Below are positions 47,900 through 56,642 of a DNA stretch of 64,000 nt, piece by piece; the stretch's first letter is position 1, and each line of letters begins with the position of its first letter. Location of the stretch: positions 148,159-212,158 of the forward strand of contig JAHFFE010000003.1 in the NCBI GenBank assembly GCA_023248155.1, in the 5' to 3' direction. Both the position numbers and the translations under genes were made by a program. This DNA comes from Candidatus Omnitrophota bacterium. GTDB lineage: Bacteria > Omnitrophota > Gorgyraeia > 1-14-0-20-64-10. The notes beneath the pieces are model-generated. The model was not told the origin of the DNA, ran no database searches, and worked only from the letters and a program-made list of their open reading frames with translations.

Positions 47900-49436
47900 G
47901 TCGCTTTCTGCGGCCCTCATTCTTGCCTTGGCCGTCACACCGGTTCACGCCGCGCCCAAGGCAGAGATGCCGGCGGCCGAACCGGCGCAGACGATTTCAA
48001 TGGATGTCAGCGAGGCCTACCTCGACGATGTGCTTAAACTGCTTTCCAAGCAGTCCGGCATGAACTTCGCCGCGGCAGAGGGAGTATCCGAAAAGAAGGT
48101 CACGCTCTATTTTGACAAAGTCCCGGTCATGTCGGCCGTGGAAACGCTGCTGAACGCCTACCATTTAACGCTGGAGCCGCAGTCTCAAAAAAATCTATAT
48201 GTGGTCACGGAATCGGGTGGTCCGAAATTCCAGACCCTCACGAAAGTATTCCATCTGAAATACGCGCGCGTGGTTCCAAGCCAGGGAGACAGCACGACTA
48301 CGTTCGGCACCAGCGGCTCTTTAATCAAGGAATCGATCGGAAGCTCATCCAGCAGCTCGTCAAGCTCAAGCAGCAGTTCATCGACAAATTCTTCGTCAAC
48401 CGGCTCGACATCCGGCACAACGGAAGCCACCGGCGGACCCATTCCAATCGTTAAAGCATTGTTGACCGAGCATGGTTCCGTGGTAGCCGATACGAGAACC
48501 AACTCGATGATTGTCACCGATATTCCCGAACGGGTTAAAGTGATCGAGGAAACTCTCAAAACCATTGATGTCAAACCCAAACAGATCTACATCGAAGCCG
48601 AGGTCCTCGAAGTCACGCTCGACACGCTGCGCCGGATCGGGCTGGAATACGGTTCTTCCACCGGACAGGTCGCTAGCTTCACGGGTCCGGTCCGAAAAAC
48701 TTATTTTCCGTTCGCGCGCGGATTATTCGATCTAGCCACGCAGAGTCAGACGCTGGGAACGCTTTCTTTTGCCGAAGCCAACGTGCTCTTGAAATTGCTG
48801 GCCACCGAAAAAGAGGTTAAATTCCTGGCCCGGCCGCGACTGCTGACTTTAAGCAATGAGGTGGCAGAAATACGGATCGTCGCGGAGGCGGTTACAGGAA
48901 TCACATCCGATTCCCAGGCAACGACCGGAACGATCACGACTACGCCGGAACGAACCACCGTGGGAACCATCCTGCGCGTCACGCCCCAGGTGAACGACGG
49001 CAAATATATCACGATGGTCATTGAGCCGGAAGTGTCGCGCGTTATCCAATCGTCCAGTTTCTCCGATTTTCTTGATCCGAACCGCCGCATCGCGCGAACT
49101 ACGGTGATGGTGCCGGATAAGGGAACCGCCATGATTGCCGGCTTGATTTCGCGTGAAAATACCGATGAAAACCGCAAAGTTCCGGGGTTGGGGGATCTTC
49201 CAATTATTGGATCCGCGTTCAAACGGACTGCCAGTGAAAAAAAGGATACCGAAATCCTTTTATTCATTACGCCGCATATTATGGAAGAGGGCAATCCCGC
49301 TCCTGAAATCCAATTTGCGAAGGAACGGGAGCAGGCGCCGGTAACGTCCAAGGAGGAATCGTTCTTGCGCGATCACCGCAAAAAAATTCTCAAGGAACGG
49401 GCGATCAACGATACCATCGAATCGATCGTTTGGTAG
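47868..49436 (+). CDS. pilQ: Type IV pilus secretin PilQ
   Basis: Signal peptide; secretin core 'ARPRLLTLSNEVAEI', 'VPGLGDLPIIGSAFKR', 'LLFITPHI'; poly-Ser linker. Confidence 0.85.
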   Translation: MKIRLPFDLYKSLSAALILALAVTPVHAAPKAEMPAAEPAQTISMDVSEAYLDDVLKLLSKQSGMNFAAAEGVSEKKVTLYFDKVPVMSAVETLLNAYHLTLEPQSQKNLYVVTESGGPKFQTLTKVFHLKYARVVPSQGDSTTTFGTSGSLIKESIGSSSSSSSSSSSSSSTNSSSTGSTSGTTEATGGPIPIVKALLTEHGSVVADTRTNSMIVTDIPERVKVIEETLKTIDVKPKQIYIEAEVLEVTLDTLRRIGLEYGSSTGQVASFTGPVRKTYFPFARGLFDLATQSQTLGTLSFAEANVLLKLLATEKEVKFLARPRLLTLSNEVAEIRIVAEAVTGITSDSQATTGTITTTPERTTVGTILRVTPQVNDGKYITMVIEPEVSRVIQSSSFSDFLDPNRRIARTTVMVPDKGTAMIAGLISRENTDENRKVPGLGDLPIIGSAFKRTASEKKDTEILLFITPHIMEEGNPAPEIQFAKEREQAPVTSKEESFLRDHRKKILKERAINDTIESIVW

Positions 49437-49440
49437 CCTA

Positions 49441-51183
49441 ATGACCGTCCGAACCCATCTTCGCATCGGAGACATCCTGGTTCGAGAAGGACTCGTTTCC
49501 GAATCCCAGCTCAAAGACGCCATTCAACTTCAAAAAAACAATGGGCGGCGGCTGGGTGAAACGCTGATTGAATTGCACCTGGTCACTGAAGACAAACTGG
49601 CTGAAGTGCTCGGAAAACAACTCGGTATTCCATACCGCAGGGCCGACCACGGCGAACTGGTGCCGGCGGAAGACCCGGCCCTGCAAAAAATCGTTCCGCA
49701 AGAAATCATCCGCAAAGATCTGGTTCTGCCGCTGGAGAAAAAAGGATCTGTCCTGACCATCGCGCTGATGGATCCGCTCGATCTGCTGCTGATCGACAAC
49801 CTGAAGAATCGGACCGGCTGTGAAATCAAGCCCGTGATCGCGACACGGACCGATCTGCTGGCCGCGATTACCGCCACTTACGGTGCCCAGGATCTTCTTA
49901 AAAAAGCGATGGAGGGCAGCTACGGGGAAAAGGAGGATGGGGCTGCCGGAAGTTCCGCTCTAAAATTCGAGTCCATCGAAGATTTAACCGCCAGCCAGCA
50001 ATCGCAGGAAGATGCCGAATCACAGGCGGGACAGACACAGGTCATCCGGATTGTGGACCTGCTGCTGCTGGAAGCGGTTACATCCCGCGCCAGCGACATC
50101 CACATTGAACCGTACATCAACCGCCTCACGATCCGGCTTCGGATCGACGGGGTTCTGCAGGCGATCGACTCTCCGGCGCCGCACCTGATGCTGGCGATTA
50201 TCTCGCGCATCAAAATTCTGGCCAAAATGGATATCGCCGAAAAACGGCTCCCGCAGGACGGCGGATTCACCATTAAGATGGGTGAAAAAAGTGTTGATCT
50301 GCGCGTCTCGACGGTCCCGGTAATCTACGGAGAAAAAATCGTCATCCGGCTGCTGGATAAAAGCAACCTGGTTACCGATTATAAACAGATGGGCTTGGAC
50401 GGCAGCGCGTTAGCCGATGTCGAGCGGGGTATCACCGCCCCGTACGGCTTGATTTTTATCACGGGCCCCACCGGAAGCGGAAAATCAACTACGCTGTATG
50501 CCACGCTGACTAAACTAAAAAGCCCCGGTAAAAACCTACTCACCATCGAAGACCCCGTCGAATATAAGCTGGAAGGGATCAACCAGGTGCAAGCCAAACC
50601 GCAGATCGGCCTGACATTCGCGGCCGGATTAAGGGCTTTTCTGCGCCAGGACCCCGATGTCATCATGCTGGGCGAGGTACGCGACCTGGAGACAGCCGAG
50701 ATCTGCGTACGGGCCGCGCTGACGGGGCATTTGGTGCTCTCAACGCTGCACACAAACGATTCGGCCTCAGCCATTACGCGTCTGACCGATCTGGGCATTG
50801 AACCGGCGCTGCTCTCTCCGTCATTGGTATTGATTATCGCGCAGCGGCTGGTACGGCGGCTTTGCCCGGAATGCAAGGAGCCCTCGCCTCCGTTGCCGGA
50901 GCTCCGAGAAAAACTCAACCTTTCGGAAGGAACTTATTTCAAGCCGAAAGGTTGCAAAAACTGCCGGAATATCGGCTACAAGGGCCGGATGGCCATTTAT
51001 GAAGTGCTGCGCGTCACGCCGGCTGTCCGCGACGCGATCGTCCGAAAATTATCGGCCGAAGAGATCAAAGAAATCGCGCGCAAAAACGGCATGAAAACGC
51101 TGACGGACAGCGGCCTTGAAAAAGCGGCTGCCGGCTTAAGCTCCATTGAAGAAGTCCTCGCTGTAACCGTGGGAATGGTGTAG
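49441..51183 (+). CDS. pilB: Type IV pilus assembly ATPase PilB (GspE family) with an N-terminal MshEN-like domain
   Basis: Walker A 'GPTGSGKSTTLYA', Asp/His boxes, tetracysteine 'CPEC...C..C'; N-terminal 'RLGETLIELHLVTEDKLAEVLGKQ'. Confidence 0.9.
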   Translation: MTVRTHLRIGDILVREGLVSESQLKDAIQLQKNNGRRLGETLIELHLVTEDKLAEVLGKQLGIPYRRADHGELVPAEDPALQKIVPQEIIRKDLVLPLEKKGSVLTIALMDPLDLLLIDNLKNRTGCEIKPVIATRTDLLAAITATYGAQDLLKKAMEGSYGEKEDGAAGSSALKFESIEDLTASQQSQEDAESQAGQTQVIRIVDLLLLEAVTSRASDIHIEPYINRLTIRLRIDGVLQAIDSPAPHLMLAIISRIKILAKMDIAEKRLPQDGGFTIKMGEKSVDLRVSTVPVIYGEKIVIRLLDKSNLVTDYKQMGLDGSALADVERGITAPYGLIFITGPTGSGKSTTLYATLTKLKSPGKNLLTIEDPVEYKLEGINQVQAKPQIGLTFAAGLRAFLRQDPDVIMLGEVRDLETAEICVRAALTGHLVLSTLHTNDSASAITRLTDLGIEPALLSPSLVLIIAQRLVRRLCPECKEPSPPLPELREKLNLSEGTYFKPKGCKNCRNIGYKGRMAIYEVLRVTPAVRDAIVRKLSAEEIKEIARKNGMKTLTDSGLEKAAAGLSSIEEVLAVTVGMV

Positions 51184-51186
51184 CCG

Positions 51187-52437
51187 ATGGCTTCCTATTA
51201 CACGTATACCGCGCGCACCAAGGACGGACGAAGGGAATCCGGCGTCATCGAAGCGTCTTCTTCCGATGAAGCGCTCACCATCCTTCAAAACAAAGAACTG
51301 CTGGTGCTCGGGCTTCAGGAACGGTCCGATAAAGCGGCCGGTGGTGGGCCGGCCGCGGCCAAAACATCCGCCAGCCCGCTTACGATGAAACAGTTTCACA
51401 AGGGCGTTAAGGCATCCGACCTGATTATTTTTTCACGGTCTCTGGCCGCCATGACCGAGGCCGGCTTGCCGCTGCTGCGCGCCATGGAAACAGTCCAGTC
51501 CCAAATACGATCCAAAGGCCTTTCCGACGCGCTCGGAGAAATGCTTCAGGATATCCGCGGCGGCTCTACGTTCCGGGACGCGATCGCCAAACACCCGAAA
51601 ATTTTTACGCCATTCTGGATCAGCATGGTGGAAACGGGCGAGGCCTCCGGCCAGCTGACGAAATCACTGGAACAGATTTCGATTCAGCTTGAAAAAGCGG
51701 GCACGGTGCAGCGCAAGGTTATTTCTGCGTTAATGTATCCGGCCATTCTTCTGCTGGTCGCCATCGGCGCCATTTTTATTTTCACGCTGAGAATCATCCC
51801 CACGTTTGGGGCTATGTATAAAAGCTTCGGCGCTGATCTTCCGATGCTGACCCAAATGGTGCTGAATTTTTCGGAATTTATGCAGCACTATATCCTGCTC
51901 GTGGTTTTGGTCATCGCCGGCGTGGTTTTCTCTTTTTCAAATTATGTTCAGACCAAGTCGGGGCGGTGGCAGTTTGACCTGTTTCGGCTGCGGGCGCCGA
52001 TTATCGGGCCCGTTTTCCAAGGCGTGGCGGCCGAACAGTTTGCCTCCAACCTGGGAACGCTGTTGAAAGCCGGCGTGCCCATCCTGCACGCGCTGGAAAT
52101 TGTGATCACGACCTCCGACAATAAAGTAATCGCCGCGCTGCTTGAAAACATGCGCGCCGGAGTCCGGGAAGGCAAACCGCTGGCCGATCCGCTCATTCAG
52201 ACCGATCTTCTGCCGGCGATGGTCGGGCAGATGCTGGCCGTCGGAGAACAGACCGGAAAACTGCCGGACATGCTGGAGGAGATCAGCAAATATTATGAAG
52301 AACAGGTGACCACCGCCGTGGATCGAATGACCTCTTTGCTGGAGCCGCTCATGCTGGTCGGTATGGGACTGGTCATCGGTATTTTGGTGCTGTCAATGTA
52401 TTTGCCCATTTTCAACATGACCTCCATTGTAAAATGA
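51187..52437 (+). CDS. pilC: Type IV pilus platform protein PilC (GspF family)
   Basis: Two GspF repeats and three TM segments; 'FPAI/MYP' motifs. Confidence 0.88.
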   Translation: MASYYTYTARTKDGRRESGVIEASSSDEALTILQNKELLVLGLQERSDKAAGGGPAAAKTSASPLTMKQFHKGVKASDLIIFSRSLAAMTEAGLPLLRAMETVQSQIRSKGLSDALGEMLQDIRGGSTFRDAIAKHPKIFTPFWISMVETGEASGQLTKSLEQISIQLEKAGTVQRKVISALMYPAILLLVAIGAIFIFTLRIIPTFGAMYKSFGADLPMLTQMVLNFSEFMQHYILLVVLVIAGVVFSFSNYVQTKSGRWQFDLFRLRAPIIGPVFQGVAAEQFASNLGTLLKAGVPILHALEIVITTSDNKVIAALLENMRAGVREGKPLADPLIQTDLLPAMVGQMLAVGEQTGKLPDMLEEISKYYEEQVTTAVDRMTSLLEPLMLVGMGLVIGILVLSMYLPIFNMTSIVK

Positions 52438-52459
52438 CGCGAATCAAAACAAATATTCT

Positions 52460-52505
52460 CATTTGGGGTATAATTTAGTTCGGAAGCGTTCAGATAAAAG
52501 GAGGA
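52460..52505 (+). promoter_or_regulatory. Pilin promoter region: TATAAT at 52469..52474 and a strong RBS AAAGGAGG at 52497..52505
   Basis: Perfect -10 hexamer and SD directly upstream of the major pilin ATG. Confidence 0.5.
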
Positions 52506-52512
52506 TGCGTAG

Positions 52513-52911
52513 ATGAATAAAGCCAGGTCAAAAGGTTTTACATTGCTTGAGTTGTTGATCGTCGTTATCATTATCGGCGCTTTGGCATCGGTGGCTCTTC
52601 CGCAGTTCGGAAAAATGGTCAAAAAAGCCCGCGCGTCCGAAGCCATTGCGAACATCGGCGCCATCTTGACGGCAGAGCAGGTGCTTTATCAGGAAGGCGA
52701 CTTCACCACAACGCTGGCGAATGTGCCGGTGGATGTGAACTCGGGTACCAACTTCACCTATACGATCACGACGCCGGGCGCTGCGGGTGCAACGCGCAAC
52801 TGTGTTGTGGCCGCGGTGGGGGTGGCGGGTGGAAACTATGCCGGGATTTCAGCAACAGGCACGCTCAACAACAACGGCACCAGAACTACGCCGAGTATGG
52901 TTGTAGCCTAA
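52513..52911 (+). CDS. pilA: Type IVa major pilin (PilA-like)
   Basis: Class III leader 'MNKARSKG|FTLLELLIVVIIIG' (Gly-1, Phe+1, Glu+5); 132 aa; followed by a strong terminator. Confidence 0.75.
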   Translation: MNKARSKGFTLLELLIVVIIIGALASVALPQFGKMVKKARASEAIANIGAILTAEQVLYQEGDFTTTLANVPVDVNSGTNFTYTITTPGAAGATRNCVVAAVGVAGGNYAGISATGTLNNNGTRTTPSMVVA

Positions 52912-52922
52912 AATTAAAAAAC

Positions 52923-52966
52923 AAAGACAGAGTGGGTTTTTCGTTCCACTCTGTCTTTATTTTTCA
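52923..52966 (+). terminator. Rho-independent terminator after the major pilin
   Basis: aaagacagagtgg-gtttttcgtt-ccactctgtcttt followed by ATTTTT. Confidence 0.75.
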
Positions 52967-52981
52967 GAGCAGATACCCAAG

Positions 52982-53392
52982 ATGAAAAAAACCGGATTCA
53001 CGCTAATTGAGCTTTTGATCGTTGTCGTGATCATCGGGGCGCTGGCGTCGTTGGCCGCTCCGGGTTTCTCGAGATCGATTGAGCGGGCGAAAGTCAAAGA
53101 CGCGGAAACAGTACTCTCCTCCATCTACACGGCTGAAAAAATCTACCGTCTGGACCAGGGAACTTTCGGAACGCTGGCCAACCTCACCAACGCGACTAAT
53201 AATTATCTCTCGGACCCCAACGGCAGCGCTGACTGGGCCTATACGGTTCCTTTGTCCGGCGCGGCGCCGACCAGCACATTCACGGCTACCGCGACGCGCA
53301 GTGCCGGCAACTTTAACGGCAATACAATCACAGTCACGCAAAACTTCGACGGCAGCAGTTACGGAGGAAATCACCCGCTGCGGGATCAATAA
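52982..53392 (+). CDS. Second type IV pilin / minor pilin
   Basis: 'MKKTG|FTLIELLIVVVIIG' prepilin leader; 136 aa. Confidence 0.7.
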   Translation: MKKTGFTLIELLIVVVIIGALASLAAPGFSRSIERAKVKDAETVLSSIYTAEKIYRLDQGTFGTLANLTNATNNYLSDPNGSADWAYTVPLSGAAPTSTFTATATRSAGNFNGNTITVTQNFDGSSYGGNHPLRDQ

Positions 53393-54471
53393 TGGCCACG
53401 CCGACCATTGAAGAACTTCTCCGCACGGCCATTCAGCAAAAAGCGTCCGATCTTCATTTAACCGTAGGCCTGCCTCCTCAGCTGCGTATTGACGGGAAAT
53501 TAGTCCGCCTTCCTCTTCCGGTACTGATGGATGACGACACCCGCCAGCTGGCCTACTCGATGCTGACACCCGACCAGATCAGCCGTTTTGAACGGACCAA
53601 AGAACTCGATGGTTCCTACAGCATCCGCGGCTTATCCCGCTTCCGGATCAATCTCTATTGGCAGCGCGGATCAATCGGAGCGGCGGTCCGGATGATCCCG
53701 TATGAAATTCCTTCCATCGCCGATTTGGGCCTTCCCCAGGTGCTGGAAGAGTTCGCGCTCAAGCCCCATGGCTTGTTTATCGTCAGCGGGCCGACCGGAG
53801 CGGGAAAATCAACCACGCTGGCGGCCATGGTGCGCAGCATCAATGAAAAGCGCCCCTGCCACATCATGACGATTGAAGACCCGATCGAGTACCTGCACCG
53901 GCATAACAAAGCAACCATCAACCAGCGCGAGCTGGGCATTGATACGCATTCGTTTCCGGAAGCGCTGCGCCACGTGCTGCGCGAAGACCCCAATGTGATT
54001 TTAGTCGGTGAGATGCGCGATCTGGAAACAATGACGGCCGCGCTGACGCTGGCCGAAACCGGGCACTTGGTGCTGACGACGCTGCACACCTCGGATGTAG
54101 TCCACGCGGTTCAGCGTATCGTCGATGTTTTTCCGCCGTATCAGCAGTCGCAGATCCGCGTCCAGCTTTCACTCGTGCTGGTCGGCATCGTTGTTCAGCA
54201 GCTGATTCCAAAATCACCGGGGCAGGGACGCGTGGCCGCCTGCGAGGTAATGGCCTGCACGCCGTCAATGGGCAACCTGATCCGTGAAAATCAGCTGCAC
54301 CAACTCAGAACTTTTCTGCAAACAGGCCGTAAAATGGGGATGTGCACGATGAACCATTCCATGGCTGACCTTTATACCAAAGGCCTGGTTTCCTGGGAGG
54401 AAATTGCGAAGCGGACTACCGACCTTCAGGAACTTTCCAACCTCGTCAAACCGCCGGGGCACTCCGCCTAA
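53392..54471 (+). CDS. pilT: Twitching-motility ATPase PilT
   Basis: 'LLRTAIQQKASDLHL', Walker A 'GPTGAGKSTT', 'AHLVLTTLHT' motifs; lacks the long PilB N-domain. Confidence 0.9.
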   Translation: MATPTIEELLRTAIQQKASDLHLTVGLPPQLRIDGKLVRLPLPVLMDDDTRQLAYSMLTPDQISRFERTKELDGSYSIRGLSRFRINLYWQRGSIGAAVRMIPYEIPSIADLGLPQVLEEFALKPHGLFIVSGPTGAGKSTTLAAMVRSINEKRPCHIMTIEDPIEYLHRHNKATINQRELGIDTHSFPEALRHVLREDPNVILVGEMRDLETMTAALTLAETGHLVLTTLHTSDVVHAVQRIVDVFPPYQQSQIRVQLSLVLVGIVVQQLIPKSPGQGRVAACEVMACTPSMGNLIRENQLHQLRTFLQTGRKMGMCTMNHSMADLYTKGLVSWEEIAKRTTDLQELSNLVKPPGHSA

Positions 54472-54518
54472 CTCATCCGGAATTCGTGGTACAATAATTT
54501 TTCCGCTTTTATTTTCCT

Positions 54519-54591
54519 GGGGCTGTAGCTCAGCTGGGAGAGCGCCTGCATCGCACGCAGGAGGTCAGGGGTTCGATCCCCCTCAGCTCCA
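54519..54591 (+). tRNA. tRNA-Ala (anticodon CGC)
   Basis: Cloverleaf GGGGCTG/CAGCTCC acceptor with the G3-U70 alanine identity pair, anticodon loop AT-CGC-AC, T-loop GGTTCGATCC; CCA not encoded. Confidence 0.9.
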
Positions 54592-54623
54592 TTTCCTTCA
54601 GACATCTACCGTTGTTTAAGTCA

Positions 54624-54954
54624 GTCCGGGAGCGGGTCCGTGAACGCGCTCGAAATCGACTACCGATTTCTCGCTCCGGTTTCGGCCTTACCGAAAATCC
54701 CGCTGAAACGGCCTCAACAGGGTTCACGCGACCCATCTCCCGAACTGCCTCTTAATGCTTCAAGCGATTCCGTGCAGGATAAGGCTGAGCAGGCACTGGA
54801 AACCCTGAGCGGGCATGGTTCTCCGCTAACAGCGGAGAGAGCGAAGGGTTGACCGTAGTGCAGCGAGACTCGCAGGGGCGAGCAAGCGGCCTGCGAACGC
54901 CTTGCCTGACGGAAGCGTGAAGAAGCAAAAGTGTCCACGGCTCCCATGCCCGGG
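54624..54954. repeat. Mosaic interspersed repeat, copy C (divergent; shares end modules and the covarying hairpin 54652..54670 with copies A/B)
   Basis: 'gtccgggagcgggtccgtgaac', 'gaaatcg-actac-cgatttc', 'ttgcctgacggaagcgtgaagaagc', 'gtgtccacggctcccatgccc' modules; internal segment unrelated. Confidence 0.6.
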
Positions 54955-54964
54955 CCGGCTCTTA

Positions 54965-56458
54965 TCAGAATTTCTTGTAGGCGGTCCAGCAGGGGATCAT
55001 TCGCGCCGGATGATACGATTCTTTTGACTGCTTCAATCCCTCCAGGCCGCTGTCACCCATCGTATTAATCCAGGTAAATTGATTCTGCGTTCTGCAAAAC
55101 TCACGGAAAATCAGCGCTGACAATCCGGGGATGGTTCTATCGGTCATTTCAGTGTAAATGCAAAATAATTCGTCCGATAATGGCCGTCCGATCGTATAAC
55201 CCAACAGCTTGCCATCGGCCTCAAGGCCATACGCAACCCAGTCCTCGGCCGTCGGCGCCTTTAGCAATCGTTGATGGAAAAAGAAGCTGTCCCGGATCAT
55301 CCGGTGCGTTTCATCCTGTTCGGGATGCTTCAAATAAGAATCGGCGGCCCAGCGCCAATACAATTCCGCGCAGGAATTGAAATCACCCGGCGTCAACGGC
55401 CTGAACCGGTATTCGCCAATCATTTTAGAGGCCTGGTTGATCATGCCTCGATGAGAATGGTACCGGTCTCCGCTTAAATCGGCCAGATCGGAACGGAGGT
55501 AGCAATAATCCGATTCGGATGCGCGCAGAGAAAAGCCGGCTTTCTCAAACAACGATTTCTGTTGTTCGGAAACCCCTTCGATGCGGGAGACCGCGTTTCC
55601 GGAATTTAAACGGTTGAGTTGGACCCAGGCCTCATTGAGAATCGGGGGCGAGAGCGTTTCCGCCAACGGCGGAAACGGCATAAAAAAACCGCCGGCCTGC
55701 CGTGCGAATACAAACAAACCATCCGGTTTCTTCATCCAATATAAAGAGATTAAATCGGTCCAGGGTATCCAGGCATCCACCGTGCCGCCCGAAAGATGGT
55801 TCTCTGCGGAGTCCGCCTCCGCTTTCCGAATCAACGGCAGATCAGAATTGAGAACCGGCTGTAATCCTTCCGGCACAGAAACCGCCGGCAAGGGCAGCGC
55901 AGAACTTGCTGATTGAATCCAGGCAACCGGAAGATATTCAGGCCACCAGTCGCCGACCACAGCAGGATTGGAACTGAAATAATCGGCAGCCACCGTCTGT
56001 TCCAGGTAATTAATAAGGGTGTGGATATAAGCCGCCATCGCCGGTTCTTTCATGCTGGCTTGAATATAGGGGCATTTCATATCAATGGCCAACAGCGGTT
56101 CGGAACCGGACGGATGCCGCGTCATCACAAACGGATAAAGACGGCAATCGAGCGGTTTAATCGAATGAATCAGGCATTTTTTAGACGACTCCTCAAACGC
56201 CGAGCAATGAAATCCCCCGGAATGGCTGCATGGATTTAATTGAGGGGTAAAAACAGGCAATCCGGGTACCGGCTTGAGCTTTAATGGGGTAGGTAAGCGA
56301 TGCGCGGATTCATTTACCCAGGCCGCCTCACGCCCGGACCAGACCGGCGTCTGCGCTTTCTCTGAATCGGGGAAACGGCAGCAGATCCGGCAGTCAAAAC
56401 ACCATGATTCCGGGACGATCTGCGGGAGTTGTTGAATAAACGCGTCTAAAGAATCCAC
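54965..56458 (-). CDS. Two-domain protein: N-terminal YkgJ-type CxxCxxCC zinc/iron-chelating domain fused to a C-terminal DUF2156-like (MprF C-terminal / GNAT-type aminoacyl-transferase-like) domain
   Basis: GTG start with GGAG RBS; 'CFDCRICCRF...CSAFEE...C...LDCRLYPF' Cys pattern; C-terminus '...GDSGLEGLKQSKESYHPARMIPCWTAY' resembles the DUF2156 terminal signature; no + strand gene overlaps. Confidence 0.6.
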   Translation of the reverse strand: MDSLDAFIQQLPQIVPESWCFDCRICCRFPDSEKAQTPVWSGREAAWVNESAHRLPTPLKLKPVPGLPVFTPQLNPCSHSGGFHCSAFEESSKKCLIHSIKPLDCRLYPFVMTRHPSGSEPLLAIDMKCPYIQASMKEPAMAAYIHTLINYLEQTVAADYFSSNPAVVGDWWPEYLPVAWIQSASSALPLPAVSVPEGLQPVLNSDLPLIRKAEADSAENHLSGGTVDAWIPWTDLISLYWMKKPDGLFVFARQAGGFFMPFPPLAETLSPPILNEAWVQLNRLNSGNAVSRIEGVSEQQKSLFEKAGFSLRASESDYCYLRSDLADLSGDRYHSHRGMINQASKMIGEYRFRPLTPGDFNSCAELYWRWAADSYLKHPEQDETHRMIRDSFFFHQRLLKAPTAEDWVAYGLEADGKLLGYTIGRPLSDELFCIYTEMTDRTIPGLSALIFREFCRTQNQFTWINTMGDSGLEGLKQSKESYHPARMIPCWTAYKKF

Positions 56459-56487
56459 CTCGAATCTCCATTTACAGGTTCTTTTTT

Positions 56488-56525
56488 ACATGTTATTGTG
56501 ATACCAAGATATCAGTGTAACATGT
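56488..56525. promoter_or_regulatory. 38-bp imperfect palindrome (ACATGTTAttgtgata-N-tatcagtgTAACATGT) in the divergent intergenic region
   Basis: 8-bp perfect outer arms (acatgtta/taacatgt) plus inner gtgata/tatcag arms; lies between divergently transcribed genes. Confidence 0.35.
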
Positions 56526-56546
56526 CCAATGAAGGAGAACTTATCC

Positions 56547-56630
56547 ATGGGTAAAAATGTTCCGAAGGGAATTCGCAATCGCCGCCGCCGCCGCCGGAAA
56601 TCCGGAAAAGCGCATAGCGCAAAGAAATAG
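56547..56630 (+). CDS. Possible 27-aa basic micro-ORF (MGKNVPKGIRNRRRRRRKSGKAHSAKK) / leader peptide
   Basis: GGAG 8 nt upstream; run of six Arg codons (cgc x5, cgg); ends 10 nt before the PilZ gene RBS. Coding status is uncertain. Confidence 0.25.
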   Translation: MGKNVPKGIRNRRRRRRKSGKAHSAKK

Positions 56631-56642
56631 TCAGGAGCTTTG

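Noticed and set aside
54965-56458. Possible tRNA-associated integrase
   Set aside because: No tyrosine- or serine-recombinase motifs; domains are a Cys-cluster YkgJ-like domain and a DUF2156-like transferase fold.
56580-56600. (GCC)5 repeat as a CRISPR or microsatellite locus
   Set aside because: Single short trinucleotide run inside a possible micro-ORF; no repeat-spacer structure anywhere in the window.
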